From an uncultured cyanobacterium (GTDB lineage: Bacteria; Cyanobacteriota; Cyanobacteriia; Cyanobacteriales; Cyanobacteriaceae), in assembly GCA_963749915.1 (NCBI GenBank), contig CAVVOP010000021.1:608001-672000 (forward strand): a stretch of 64,000 bases of DNA, in the 5' to 3' direction. The notes beneath the pieces are model-generated. The model saw nothing but the letters and a program-made list of their open reading frames with translations, had not been told where the DNA came from and ran no database searches. The translations under genes and the position numbers were made by a program. Below, piece after piece: positions 53,496 through 64,000 of this stretch. Each line of letters begins with the position of its first letter. Within the stretch, counting starts at the first letter, position 1.

Positions 53496-55646
53496 GTGAC
53501 TTATCAAAAATTATTTAGCAAAAAAAATCTCAGGCTGAGTATTAAATATATCTTAATTATCTTATTAAGTTTTAGTTTAACTTTAACAATTCCCACTATT
53601 GCCAAAGCTCAAATATCATTGTTAAATGCAGATAGTAATGGGGAAAGTCAATTTTATCCTTGGTGGAAGTTACAAAAAACTAGAGTTTGTGGCAAATTAT
53701 GGTGTTCAGATATTAGTTTTCCTTATTTTCCTTATGCAAGTATCGCAAGCAAATTAAACTTAGAAGACACTTTTACCATTGCCTCAAGATCTAATTTAGA
53801 AGATCCTCAAACTAGTGCTAATGAATTAGAAATTCGTGCCACTGTCATCGAACAAACTTGGTTATCTTTATATCGAAGAATTATCAGAAATGCTCAAAAT
53901 CTGTCTAATCAAAATGAAAAAAATAAACCACAAGAATTAGAACTTAAACCACAAGATTGGCTGGTATTCGAAAATAAACCATTGCATCCTTTAACACCGA
54001 AAATCGAAGTAGGAATAAAAAATGATCAAACAGTTATTTTTGTACCAACACAACCAAAATTAGGTTTATCGACAGAAACCATTGTTACTGTTAACGAAGA
54101 TGATTCCATTTACAATGGCAAACCTATTGATGAGTTAGCTAATCAATGGCGTAATCTTATTCAAGAAGATTTAAGTCAAGCATTATGGGGTTATCAATTT
54201 GATCAGTTTTTTCCTTGGGGAAGACCAAGTATTATCGGCATAATTTTAGTCTTAACAATCATACCTCTTCTCTTCATAACTATTTTTATACATTTAATCC
54301 GGAACTTAGACCGTCAATTTAAGCTAAAAATCAAAGAACTACAAGAATTGGCTAAACAAAAACAACAGGCCTCCTTTTATAATCAATCTGAATCTGATAC
54401 TCCAATAACATTAGATCCAGAACAACAAGAAAGAACAATAATTAGTGAAGAAAAAGATAACATAAACATAAATATTGAGAAAGAAAATAACTTAAATATT
54501 CAACCCCAAGTCCATAATACTAATAACAACAAAGGGTTGTCATTTAGCTCACCTTCACTTGCTAAATTAAATCCTATTTTTCAAAAAATTCAAGAATCTA
54601 TTTTAACCAAAATCCATCATTTAACTGAAGATTTACCAACGATTTCTTTAGGTTATCAAAATCTAATTAAGCAGTTAAGAAATTTAACAGTATTTTTACT
54701 TCAATTTTTAAATTGGCTTCGCTTTTTACTAATGTTCTTGGGTTTGGCATTAATAGTTAGTGTTTATCCCAATACGAGAATTAGTTCCTTCTTTTTTCTG
54801 GCACAAGCAATATTTTTACCTCTGATTTGGATGTTGGTTAGTTTGGGAGATACAATTACTTCTTTTGTCATTGATTATTATCTGAATAGATGGGCAAAAG
54901 AAGCTCAACTAGCAGATCCTAATTCTAATCGTTATACCTTAAGAGTAACCACCTATTCTCCTGCCTTAAAAGGTGCTAGTAGTTTTTTATTTATAGTTAT
55001 TGGTATTGTTCTAACTATTCAACTTTTTGGCATAGATCCCAGTGTACTAGCTGGTGCAGGAGGAGCGGCTTTATTAGTTGGTTTTTTAGCTCGTAATGTC
55101 TTAGAAGATATGCTTAATGGTGTCTTAATTTTATGGACAGATCGCTATGCTATTGGAGATGTTATTAGCGTGGGTAGTGTCGGTGGTTTTGTGGAAAATA
55201 TGAACCTTTATACTACTCAAATAAGAGGAGCTGAAGGTTGTTTAATTACTATTCCCAATGGACAAATTACTCTAGTTGAAAATAAGACAAAAGATTGGTC
55301 AAGAGTTGAATTTAAGATTGAAATTTCTGTTAATTCAGATCCAGTTAAAGCTATTCAAATTTTAAAAGAAGTGGGAGAAGAATTACAACAAGAACCAGAC
55401 TGGAAAGAATTAATTCTAGAGCCTGTTAATATTTTAGGAATAGATCAAGTTTCTCATCAAGGCATATTAATTCAAGTTTGGATCAAAACCCAGCCGATGA
55501 AACAATGGGCTGTGGGTAGAGAATATCGTTTGAGAGTCCAACAAAGATTTAAAACCGAAGGAATTGAATTAGGTATTCCTCAACGTCAAATTCGGCATCG
55601 AGGAAGTTCATCTTTAGAAGATGAGCGAGATAGCGGGTTAGTCTAG
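53496..55646 (+). CDS. MscS family mechanosensitive channel with large N-terminal domain
   Basis: DMLNGVLIL, YAIGDVI, LITIPNG and KDWSRV motifs. Confidence 0.9.
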   Translation: MTYQKLFSKKNLRLSIKYILIILLSFSLTLTIPTIAKAQISLLNADSNGESQFYPWWKLQKTRVCGKLWCSDISFPYFPYASIASKLNLEDTFTIASRSNLEDPQTSANELEIRATVIEQTWLSLYRRIIRNAQNLSNQNEKNKPQELELKPQDWLVFENKPLHPLTPKIEVGIKNDQTVIFVPTQPKLGLSTETIVTVNEDDSIYNGKPIDELANQWRNLIQEDLSQALWGYQFDQFFPWGRPSIIGIILVLTIIPLLFITIFIHLIRNLDRQFKLKIKELQELAKQKQQASFYNQSESDTPITLDPEQQERTIISEEKDNININIEKENNLNIQPQVHNTNNNKGLSFSSPSLAKLNPIFQKIQESILTKIHHLTEDLPTISLGYQNLIKQLRNLTVFLLQFLNWLRFLLMFLGLALIVSVYPNTRISSFFFLAQAIFLPLIWMLVSLGDTITSFVIDYYLNRWAKEAQLADPNSNRYTLRVTTYSPALKGASSFLFIVIGIVLTIQLFGIDPSVLAGAGGAALLVGFLARNVLEDMLNGVLILWTDRYAIGDVISVGSVGGFVENMNLYTTQIRGAEGCLITIPNGQITLVENKTKDWSRVEFKIEISVNSDPVKAIQILKEVGEELQQEPDWKELILEPVNILGIDQVSHQGILIQVWIKTQPMKQWAVGREYRLRVQQRFKTEGIELGIPQRQIRHRGSSSLEDERDSGLV

Positions 55647-55821
55647 GGTGCGACCTCAATATAATACTCAGAATAATACTTTCAAGAAACAGATTCGCTA
55701 TCCCACAGTTATTTGATGCACGACCGATAACTGTTCACGTTATTTAATCCTGATCTTTTCATAGTAAACTAAGGTTATAGTCGACTCTGACTATTTAAAA
55801 ATATTTTTAGACAAAACCCCA

Positions 55822-57516
55822 TTGGAAAACGTGAATTATTCTTCATCAGATGCACATAAGAGGGATACGGAACCTTTAAGACGTTATTCAGCAGAAGATA
55901 TTGCTAAATATTATAGTTATCGTCCTTGGTTAGCTTTATCTCGCAGTTTTAAAATTATCTTTTATTTTGCGGTTTTTACTACTCAATTAACTTTAGATAA
56001 ATGGTTTAATCAAAGAGAAAATAATAAACAAAAAAGAGCCGAACAATTAAGAAAAATTTTAACAAAATTGGGACCTACATTCATTAAAGTTGGTCAAGCG
56101 CTTTCTACTCGTCCTGACCTAATTCGTAAGGATTTTTTAGAAGAATTAATAAAATTGCAGGATCAATTGCCTCCTTTTGATAGTAAAATTGCCTTTGAGA
56201 TAATTGAGAGGGAATTAGATTTAGAAGTAGAAGAAGCCTATAAAGAAATTTCTGTCAAGCCCGTTGCTGCCGCTAGTTTAGGGCAGGTATATAAAGCAGT
56301 TTTACACACGGGAGAAGAGGTTGCGGTTAAAGTTCAAAGACCCAATTTATTACCTGTTATTTGCTTAGATTTATATTTAATGCGTTTAGCTTCTCGATGG
56401 GTCGCCTTTTTTTTACCCCTTAATTTAGGTCATGATTTGGGGTTAATTGTAGATGAATTCGGGACTAAATTATTTGAAGAAATTGACTATATTAATGAGG
56501 GAAGAAATGCTGAAAAATTTGCCGCCAATTTTCGTGGGGATACTGACGTGAAAGTTCCTTGTATTTACTGGCACTATAGCAGCCACAATGTCTTAACTCT
56601 AGAGTGGATTAATGGTTATAAATTAAATGATTTAGATAGTATTCGCTCGGCAGGTTTAGATCTTAATGAAATCATCAGAATTGGTGTTACATCAGGGCTA
56701 AGACAGTTATTGGAACATGGTTTCTTTCATGCTGATCCTCATCCAGGTAATTTATTTGCTATGGCTGACGGAAGAATGGCCTATATTGATTTTGGTATGA
56801 TGGATCAGCTAACAGAAGACACGAAGGAGACCATCGCCTCCTCTGTAGTACAATTGATAAACGGCGATTATCAGGCTTTAGCGAAGGATTTTGTTAATTT
56901 GGGGTTTTTAACACCAGAAACGGATATAAAACCCATAATTCCTGCCTTAGAAAAGGTTTTAGGTAATGCTATCAGTCAAAGTGTTGGAGATTTTAACTTT
57001 AAAACTATCACCGATGATTTTTCCGAATTGATGTATGAATATCCTTTCAGAGTACCTGCGAAATTTGCTTTAATTATTCGCTCTTTGGTTACTCAAGAGG
57101 GTTTAGCTTTAAGTCTTAATCCTGATTTTCGCATTGTGGAAGTTTCTTTTCCTTATATTTCTCGTCGTTTATTAACAGAAGAATCTCCAGCTATGCGTAA
57201 ACGTCTTATTGAAGTTTTATTTAAAGATGGAAGATTTCAGTGGAAACGATTAGAAAATATGATTGCCATTGCCAGATCTGACCGTCAATTTGATTTGCTA
57301 CCTACTGCTAGTTTAGGATTACAGTTTCTCATTTCCGAGGAGGGAGATTATTTGCGTCGTCAGTTAATCACTGCTTTAATCGAAGACGATAGATTGCACA
57401 CAGAAGAGGTACATCGTTTATGGACGTTAATCCAACCAGAATTAAAACCACAAAAACTTTTTGATGTGGCATTGCAAGCTATTAAACAATTTTCTCAAGA
57501 GTTAGCAACAAAGTAA
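55822..57516 (+). CDS. ABC1/AarF/UbiB kinase family protein
   Basis: LGPTFIKVGQ, AAASLGQVY, VAVKVQRP, HADPHPGN and DFGM motifs. Confidence 0.93.
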   Translation: MENVNYSSSDAHKRDTEPLRRYSAEDIAKYYSYRPWLALSRSFKIIFYFAVFTTQLTLDKWFNQRENNKQKRAEQLRKILTKLGPTFIKVGQALSTRPDLIRKDFLEELIKLQDQLPPFDSKIAFEIIERELDLEVEEAYKEISVKPVAAASLGQVYKAVLHTGEEVAVKVQRPNLLPVICLDLYLMRLASRWVAFFLPLNLGHDLGLIVDEFGTKLFEEIDYINEGRNAEKFAANFRGDTDVKVPCIYWHYSSHNVLTLEWINGYKLNDLDSIRSAGLDLNEIIRIGVTSGLRQLLEHGFFHADPHPGNLFAMADGRMAYIDFGMMDQLTEDTKETIASSVVQLINGDYQALAKDFVNLGFLTPETDIKPIIPALEKVLGNAISQSVGDFNFKTITDDFSELMYEYPFRVPAKFALIIRSLVTQEGLALSLNPDFRIVEVSFPYISRRLLTEESPAMRKRLIEVLFKDGRFQWKRLENMIAIARSDRQFDLLPTASLGLQFLISEEGDYLRRQLITALIEDDRLHTEEVHRLWTLIQPELKPQKLFDVALQAIKQFSQELATK

Positions 57517-57746
57517 AACAAAGGTGTAATTCGTGCAGGGCATTCGCACACATTTCTTTACATTCAACCCAGGAGGGTGAACCTATTCCCCAAAGACCAA
57601 CTTGACGACACTTAGAAAAAAGACGGAGCCAAAATTCAGGAAAAACAAGCACAACCGCCCTGTTCAATATTTGTCAAAAATAGGTTTCATATGGGATAAT
57701 GAAAGACTGTGTATAAAATTACTGTTATAGTAAATCAGCTAAAAAA

Positions 57747-57941
57747 ATGGCAAGTAAAAAAGGCGTTCGTATAATTATCACTCTTGAATGCACTGAGTGT
57801 CGTACCAATAACGATAAGCGCTCTGCTGGTGTTTCCCGTTATACAACCATGAAAAACAGACGCAATACCACTGGCAGAATGGAACTCAAAAAATTCTGTA
57901 CTCATTGCAACAAACATACTGTTCACAAAGAAATTAAATAG
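57747..57941 (+). CDS. rpmG: 50S ribosomal protein L33
   Basis: [17 protein letters not shown] and LKKFC..HKEIK motifs. Confidence 0.97.
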   Translation: MASKKGVRIIITLECTECRTNNDKRSAGVSRYTTMKNRRNTTGRMELKKFCTHCNKHTVHKEIK

Positions 57942-57991
57942 TTTGATTTCCTAATTTCCTCAAGGTAAAAATAATAGTTTAAAGATAAATT

Positions 57992-58207
57992 ATGGCTTAT
58001 TTTCGTAAAAGATTATCCCCAATTCCTCCCAGTCAACCCATTGACTATAAAGATGTAGAATTACTACATAAATTTGTGACGGAAAGAGGCAAAATGCTTC
58101 CCCGTCGTATTACTGGCTTAACTGCTCGTCAACAAAGAGATTTAACTAGAGCTGTTAAACAAGCTCGTTTAGTAGCATTATTACCATTCTTAAATGCGGA
58201 AGGTTAA
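57992..58207 (+). CDS. rpsR: 30S ribosomal protein S18
   Basis: IDYKDV..TERGK.LPRRITG..QR. Confidence 0.97.
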   Translation: MAYFRKRLSPIPPSQPIDYKDVELLHKFVTERGKMLPRRITGLTARQQRDLTRAVKQARLVALLPFLNAEG

Positions 58208-58383
58208 TTGGTAATGAACAATTAACAATCAACAATAAAAAAAGGCAAGAGACAAAAGGCAATAAAGAATTAACTGTCAACTCTCAAAATTCCTTTTTCC
58301 TTGTCTTTTTTTGACTCAAATCTCCAATTAACTGATTTTGACTATAGTAGGATGTAAATAATAAAGCGTGATTAGTTAATATA

Positions 58384-59565
58384 ATGCTCAGTAAAATCAA
58401 GGACTTAGCGGTAGATTTAGCACCGAGATTAATCGAAATTCGTCGTCATTTTCATGCTCATCCAGAATTAAGTGGACAAGAATATCAAACTGCCGCTTAT
58501 GTGTCTGGAGTTTTATCCTCCTGTGGGCTTCACGTACAAGAGGGTGTTGGTAAAACAGGAGTAATTGGTGAATTAAACGGTAATGGCAAAAGCACCCTTC
58601 ATTTAGCCATTCGCACCGATATGGATGCGTTACCCATCCAAGAAGCCACTCAATTAGAATTTGCCTCTCGTGTGCCAGGAGTTATGCATGCTTGTGGTCA
58701 TGATTTACATACAACTGTCGGTTTGGGCACAGCAATGATTTTGTCTCAAATCAAAGAATCTTTGCCCGGTAATATCAGATTTATTTTTCAACCTGCCGAA
58801 GAAATAGCTCAGGGGGCTCTGTGGATGGTGAAAGATGGCGTAATGAAAGATATTTCCGCTATTTTTGGGATTCATGTTTTCCCCTCTATTCCCGCCCGTT
58901 GTGTGGGGATTCGTTATGGTGCATTAACTTCGGCCATGGATGATCTGGAAATAATGATTCAAGGAGAGGCCGGTCATGGTGCTCGCCCTCATCAAGCCAT
59001 TGATGCTATTTGGATTTGCGCACAGGTAGTTACGGCTTTACAACAGGCTATTAGTCGAATGCAAAACCCTTTAGACCCTTTAGTATTAACCATCGGACAA
59101 ATTAACGGCGGCATCGCCCCGAATATTATCGCCGATCATGTGAAAATGGTGGGTACTGTGCGATCGCTGAATCCTCACGTTCGGGAAAATTTACCCATCT
59201 GGATTCAAGGTATTGTGGAAGGGATTTGTCACACTTATGGTGCGAAATGTCAAATCAATTATCATCATCGTCTGCCTAGTGTGCAAAACGAGATAGGGTT
59301 AACGAAAATTATTGAAAAATCAGCCTTAGAAGCATTAGGGGAAGAACACGTTATTTCTATTCTTGAGCCATCTTTAGGAGCAGAAGATTTTGCTGTATAT
59401 TTAGAACACGCTCCCGGTACGATGTTCCGTTTAGGTATCGGTAAAGAGAATCAGCACAATTACCCTTTACATCATCCCCGTTTTGAGTTAGATGAGTCTT
59501 CTCTGGTGACGGGAGTTGTAACTATGGCTTATAGTGCTTACAAATATTTTGACGATCAAAGTTAA
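58384..59565 (+). CDS. M20D family amidohydrolase
   Basis: HPELS, DMDALP, MHACGHD, FQPAEE, AEDF and LHHP motifs. Confidence 0.92.
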   Translation: MLSKIKDLAVDLAPRLIEIRRHFHAHPELSGQEYQTAAYVSGVLSSCGLHVQEGVGKTGVIGELNGNGKSTLHLAIRTDMDALPIQEATQLEFASRVPGVMHACGHDLHTTVGLGTAMILSQIKESLPGNIRFIFQPAEEIAQGALWMVKDGVMKDISAIFGIHVFPSIPARCVGIRYGALTSAMDDLEIMIQGEAGHGARPHQAIDAIWICAQVVTALQQAISRMQNPLDPLVLTIGQINGGIAPNIIADHVKMVGTVRSLNPHVRENLPIWIQGIVEGICHTYGAKCQINYHHRLPSVQNEIGLTKIIEKSALEALGEEHVISILEPSLGAEDFAVYLEHAPGTMFRLGIGKENQHNYPLHHPRFELDESSLVTGVVTMAYSAYKYFDDQS

Positions 59566-59652
59566 GCCTCTTTCTTTTTCTTTATTTTGGGATTAAAAAT
59601 GAGTTCATATCTCAATAATTTCACTTAGGTGCTTAACTCTGAACTTATATTC

Positions 59653-60597
59653 TCAATTTCTTTTGTCTTTAGAAGATGATTTTTCGGTATAACGTTGGTT
59701 ACGAGATTCACCGTCATCTAGTTTGAGGAAACTCATTAACATCTTTAAACCTCGAAAACCAATTTGTCGGCTTAAACGGCTAACTCCCGTTACCACTTCC
59801 CCTTCTTTTGGTTTCGAGAGTTTTTCTTCTAATAACTCCTTTAGTTTTGTACTAGTTAACGGACGATTTAAGACCCCTTTTTCCCCTAAAGAAATTGACC
59901 CTGTTTCCTCAGAGACTATTACACAGACGCAGTTCTCGACTCTTTCGGTAATACCCATAGCGGCACGGTGACGAGTTCCTAACTGTCGGGATGCGGTCCG
60001 ATCAGATAAGGGTAAGATCACCCCCGCCGAGACAATTTCTGAACCCCGAATAAATACGGCACCATCATGAAGTAAAGTTTTAGTTTGAAAAATGGTTTGT
60101 AATAATTCTTTGGTGATTTCGGCATTAAGTTTCACTCCCGGATTGAGAAAGATTCTTTCTTCTATGGTATTGAAAGTTTCTATTATTATTAAGGCACCCG
60201 TACGATTTTGGGAGAGTTCTTTGACCGCATCGACAATTTCATCAATAACACTATCACCTTTCGGTAAGTGAGGATTAGATTCAAAGAAATGTCCAAATTG
60301 TCCTTTTCCTATTTGTTCTAAAAAACGGCGAAAATCGGATTGAAAGAGGATGGCCATTGCTAGAGAACATATTAAGATTAATCTTTCCAGAAAAAAGCTG
60401 AATAAGGTTAATTTTAACAGGCGATCGCTAATGAAAAGGATGACAATAAGGATCATCAATCCTCGGATCATCCATTGAGCACGGCGTTCATTGATTAGGA
60501 GAGAGATAAAATAAAAAGAGAAAAAAACCAATCCGAAATCAATTACCCGTCGCAAAATAATATGTAGATTGTCAGGAAAACCCGACCAAAACATCAA
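59653..60597 (-). CDS. cdaA: Diadenylate cyclase
   Basis: Three TM segments, HDGA and GTRHRAA motifs; directly downstream of lysA. Confidence 0.93.
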   Translation of the reverse strand: MMFWSGFPDNLHIILRRVIDFGLVFFSFYFISLLINERRAQWMIRGLMILIVILFISDRLLKLTLFSFFLERLILICSLAMAILFQSDFRRFLEQIGKGQFGHFFESNPHLPKGDSVIDEIVDAVKELSQNRTGALIIIETFNTIEERIFLNPGVKLNAEITKELLQTIFQTKTLLHDGAVFIRGSEIVSAGVILPLSDRTASRQLGTRHRAAMGITERVENCVCVIVSEETGSISLGEKGVLNRPLTSTKLKELLEEKLSKPKEGEVVTGVSRLSRQIGFRGLKMLMSFLKLDDGESRNQRYTEKSSSKDKRN

Positions 60598-60694
60598 TTT
60601 TCAACTCACTATTACTAATATTCTTAATCAAATATATAACAAGGCAATGGGGAATGGGGAATGGGCAATAGAGGGAAGCCAATAGTAAAAATTA

Positions 60695-62110
60695 TTATTT
60701 TATTGTAATAGTTAATCGACTGGGTAATAAATCTTGTTTGACAAGATCATCGTAGGTTTCACGACGGATAATCAAGTTCGCCTCTCCGTTATTGACTAAA
60801 ATAGCGGCAGGTCTGGCTAAACGATTATAGTTAGAAGCCATACTATAGTTATAAGCTCCTGTGGCTAATACTATCAGAATATCTCCCGGTTCGGTGTCAG
60901 GAATTTCAATATCTCTTACCAGAATATCACCTGATTCGCAATGTTTCCCTGCTATGGTTACTTTTTCTGTGTTTTCACTGCACATTTTATTGGCAATTAC
61001 TACCTGATAAACAGACTCATAGGTAATGGGGCGAGGATTATCGGACATTCCTCCATCCACTGAAACATAAGTTCTTATATTAGGAATGACTTTACGTCCG
61101 CCGACAGTGTAAGCGGTTACACAAGCAGTTGCAACCATCGATCGCCCAGGTTCTGCAATTAATTTCGGGAGAGTTAGATTCCGTTGTTTACAGGCTTTGG
61201 TGACAGCCTCAGCCACGGTTTTGACCCAATCAGTAATACTTGGGGGATCATCAGATTCGGTGTAACGAATACCTAAACCACCACCAACGTTTAATTCCTC
61301 TACGGGTAAGCCATAATCAAGGGCTTTTTTAAACCAGTCTGCCAATACTCCGGCTAGGTCGTTATGGGGTTGTAGTTCAAAAATTTGTGAGCCGATATGG
61401 GCATGTAGGCCAATGCAGTTCAATAATTGTTTTTCTTTGACGAAGGTAAATACGGGTTCTAGTTGATTAGCGTCAAAACCGAATTTACTGTCAATGCTTC
61501 CGGTACGTATATAATCATGAGTGTGACATTCAATACCTGGAGTTAAACGAATTAATATATTGACAGATTTTTGTTTTTCAGCGGTCAATTGAGCTAAAGT
61601 TTCCAATTCTAACCAATTATCGACAATTATTTTACATTCACTATCGATGGCTAGTTCCAACTCGCTGACAGATTTATTATTGCCGTGAAGGTATATTCTC
61701 TCACTGATTTCTTCCGGGGTAAAACCGCTTATTTCTAGGGCTTTTGTGGTGGTAAAAAGTTCGCCGCCGGACACCACGTCAAAACCGATTCCCTCACTAG
61801 CGAGAATACTGGCGATCGCCATACAACTCCAAGCTTTAGAAGCGTAAATAACTTGGGATTCTCCGGGGTAAAATTCCTTAAAAGCCTCACGATATTGAGT
61901 AGCACAAGTGCGGAGGGTTTGTTCATCAAGGATATATAAAGGTGAGCCAAATCGAGTTACTAATTCAGGGACATCACAACCGCCGATAACAAGATGATTT
62001 TTGTCGTTAATGGTGGCGGTTAAAGGCAATAACTGTTGATTGGGGGAGGAATTAGAGTTTGATGAGGATTGTATAAATTTTTCTGCTGTAGATTTTTCCG
62101 TTAATAACAT
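60695..62110 (-). CDS. lysA: Diaminopimelate decarboxylase
   Basis: YASKA, HGNNKS, HIGSQ, EPGRS, CESGD and GAY motifs. Confidence 0.96.
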   Translation of the reverse strand: MLLTEKSTAEKFIQSSSNSNSSPNQQLLPLTATINDKNHLVIGGCDVPELVTRFGSPLYILDEQTLRTCATQYREAFKEFYPGESQVIYASKAWSCMAIASILASEGIGFDVVSGGELFTTTKALEISGFTPEEISERIYLHGNNKSVSELELAIDSECKIIVDNWLELETLAQLTAEKQKSVNILIRLTPGIECHTHDYIRTGSIDSKFGFDANQLEPVFTFVKEKQLLNCIGLHAHIGSQIFELQPHNDLAGVLADWFKKALDYGLPVEELNVGGGLGIRYTESDDPPSITDWVKTVAEAVTKACKQRNLTLPKLIAEPGRSMVATACVTAYTVGGRKVIPNIRTYVSVDGGMSDNPRPITYESVYQVVIANKMCSENTEKVTIAGKHCESGDILVRDIEIPDTEPGDILIVLATGAYNYSMASNYNRLARPAAILVNNGEANLIIRRETYDDLVKQDLLPSRLTITIK

Positions 62111-62213
62111 TACAAATAATGATTAAAATAAAGTATCTGTTTTTATTTTAGCTGAGATGATGCAGGTTTTAAGCACAACTGCAGACTTGTAATAAATTAG
62201 TAGCGTAAAATAA

Positions 62214-63917
62214 CTAAATTTTCCGAAGCAAAACCACATTATCTTGCACATCAATTACCTTATATTCTTTATTTGCAGTAATCCCCTCAATCAAGCCATT
62301 AATCTCCTCTAGCCAACCTTTTTCTTTAGTAAATACCACCCCATAACGTTCCAATTCCCATAAATCAGCGATAATATAATCAACTTTTTGTGCTTCTTGA
62401 TTATCATTGCGAAACTCTATTATCGGTAAACGCAAGAGTGCCCGACGACCAGAAAGATGAGGGATAATGTTATTGGTGGCGCTAACACTGGCAGAATCGG
62501 GAATTTTCTCTAAAAGTCGGTAAATATACTTAGAATGTTCCCATTGTCGGGGTAAGGAAACATAAACCAGGGGTTGAAAGGAATCAGGCAAGATAAAATA
62601 AAAAGCCCGACTTAGTTCTGTAGTACTATAAATAAAGGTTAGAAGCAGGGATACAAAGACACAAAAAATCCAAAATCTCTGGAATTTGAGAGTTAAGATC
62701 CGGGGTTGCAGTTGATGTACATTTTGAGTAAAATTTTGCCAATTTTGACCTGCCCACCATAAAATCACCCCATAACATAATCCCGGCACCACTGTCATTG
62801 CATAACGAATATTTAGGGCAAATACTGATTTACCCTGTCCTACAAATAATTTTAGCAAAGGAAAACCGGAAATAATCCAAGAAGTCGGTGCAAGAGAAGG
62901 AATAAAAGCAAAGGGAAGCCAATGTCCTATCAGATAAGTAATAGTCTTGTCTAAAGGGGTAAAAATTTCTTTAACTAACCGCCAGGGATTGGTCAACATT
63001 CCTTTGAGAATATCTAGGGTGGAAGCCTCTTTGCCTTCTGCATACTGACCAAACTTTTCTAACATAAATCTTTTAGATATATCCTCAGAAAATAAGGGCA
63101 TAACTAGATTAGTTAACAGTATAAGATACAGAAAACTAAGACAACAAAGCCCAATTCCAAGACGAGGATAACGATGACTAAAAATCAAATATACACCAAT
63201 GCCAAATAAAGAAATAGCACTATCTTCTCTTACCGTCAAAGTGATTACAACTAAGAAACCAAATAACCACCAACAACGTTTTTCTAATGCCAACAGTAAG
63301 CTAAAAATAAATAGAGGAATTTGTGAAAAGTCGTGAAAGTTACATAGTACTGGTCCTAAAGTTGCTGTGGCACAATAAAAGCTCAAAGTAATCATACCCG
63401 CCAATTTGCCATTCAAGTACTCTCGGGCTAAATAATATAGTACGATGCCCCCGGCAGTTACTGTCGTGGTCATAATCACAGTCAAAGTTGTGGCGGAAGG
63501 AAATAAATAGTAAATAGGCAACCAAATTAACAGGGCCGGGGTAAAATGTTGTCCTAATCGGTGATAACTAACATCAGGAATTTCTCCACTGTGAACTACA
63601 TTAGTAGATAACTGTGAAGATAAGGAACTCTGAAACCAATTTCCATGGGCATTATTCCAAAAAACTTGATTAAAAATACCCTGATCGTAAGAACTAAAAA
63701 AAGTTAAATGACGATTTAAACTGAGAAGTAAAACTACACCAAAAAAAACACCTGCCAAAAAAGAAATTACGCGAAAATCATCATTTTTTGTGATATTTTT
63801 AATTTTGAGGAAAACACTAGCCATAAATGGGAAAATTTTCTCAAAGGTATTGTCCAATTTACAATTCACTTCGTTATTTGTCAACTTCTGGGTAGAAATT
63901 TTATTAGAAGCTCTCAA
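62214..63917 (-). CDS. DUF2079 family membrane protein
   Basis: YDQGIFNQ, LGQHFTP, NFHD, RED and PHLSGR motifs; start uncertain. Confidence 0.82.
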   Translation of the reverse strand: MRASNKISTQKLTNNEVNCKLDNTFEKIFPFMASVFLKIKNITKNDDFRVISFLAGVFFGVVLLLSLNRHLTFFSSYDQGIFNQVFWNNAHGNWFQSSLSSQLSTNVVHSGEIPDVSYHRLGQHFTPALLIWLPIYYLFPSATTLTVIMTTTVTAGGIVLYYLAREYLNGKLAGMITLSFYCATATLGPVLCNFHDFSQIPLFIFSLLLALEKRCWWLFGFLVVITLTVREDSAISLFGIGVYLIFSHRYPRLGIGLCCLSFLYLILLTNLVMPLFSEDISKRFMLEKFGQYAEGKEASTLDILKGMLTNPWRLVKEIFTPLDKTITYLIGHWLPFAFIPSLAPTSWIISGFPLLKLFVGQGKSVFALNIRYAMTVVPGLCYGVILWWAGQNWQNFTQNVHQLQPRILTLKFQRFWIFCVFVSLLLTFIYSTTELSRAFYFILPDSFQPLVYVSLPRQWEHSKYIYRLLEKIPDSASVSATNNIIPHLSGRRALLRLPIIEFRNDNQEAQKVDYIIADLWELERYGVVFTKEKGWLEEINGLIEGITANKEYKVIDVQDNVVLLRKI

Positions 63918-64000
63918 GAAATACTTTTGTAAAGGCTCAGATGTACTGAGTGTTTATTTTATCGCTCTTCTGGAACTTTAGGTAAAAGAGAAACAAAAAC

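Noticed and set aside
57520..57670. Possible ncRNA upstream of rpmG
   Set aside because: Only short pairings (CAGGGC/GCCCTG); no match to SRP, 6S or tRNA features that I can support

Overview
AT-rich cyanobacterial chromosome segment with HIP1 sites and heptamer intergenic repeats; a Geminocystis/Cyanobacterium-like source is my inference. The flanks (about 1-22 kb and 43-64 kb) carry housekeeping genes: holA, larC, lexA, rplY, purA, rlmB, hisH, hisA, yidD, pntA, rpmG-rpsR and lysA-cdaA. Between hisH and a ferredoxin/hisA lies a roughly 21 kb accessory island with three parts. (1) A sulfide/low-oxygen module: SQR-like flavoprotein, ArsR, cydAB, DUF302, Rieske PetC, a rogue-type psbA reduced by two in-frame deletions to 129 aa, rhodanese, an Acr3/SBF transporter, a methyltransferase and a Tll0287-like haem-protein remnant. 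(2) A GC- and HIP1-rich N-type ATPase operon whose gene order is a circular permutation of the canonical one and whose atpD is frameshifted. (3) IS701-like, IS1634 and integrase remnants. Outside the island there is a solitary integron-type cassette with attC sites but no integrase (about 3.1-3.4 kb), and a perfect sigma70 promoter driving a structured RNA that resembles an IS110 non-coding end, followed by an unannotated 50-aa membrane peptide (about 16.3-16.7 kb). All family assignments come from motif recognition by eye; no searches were run.
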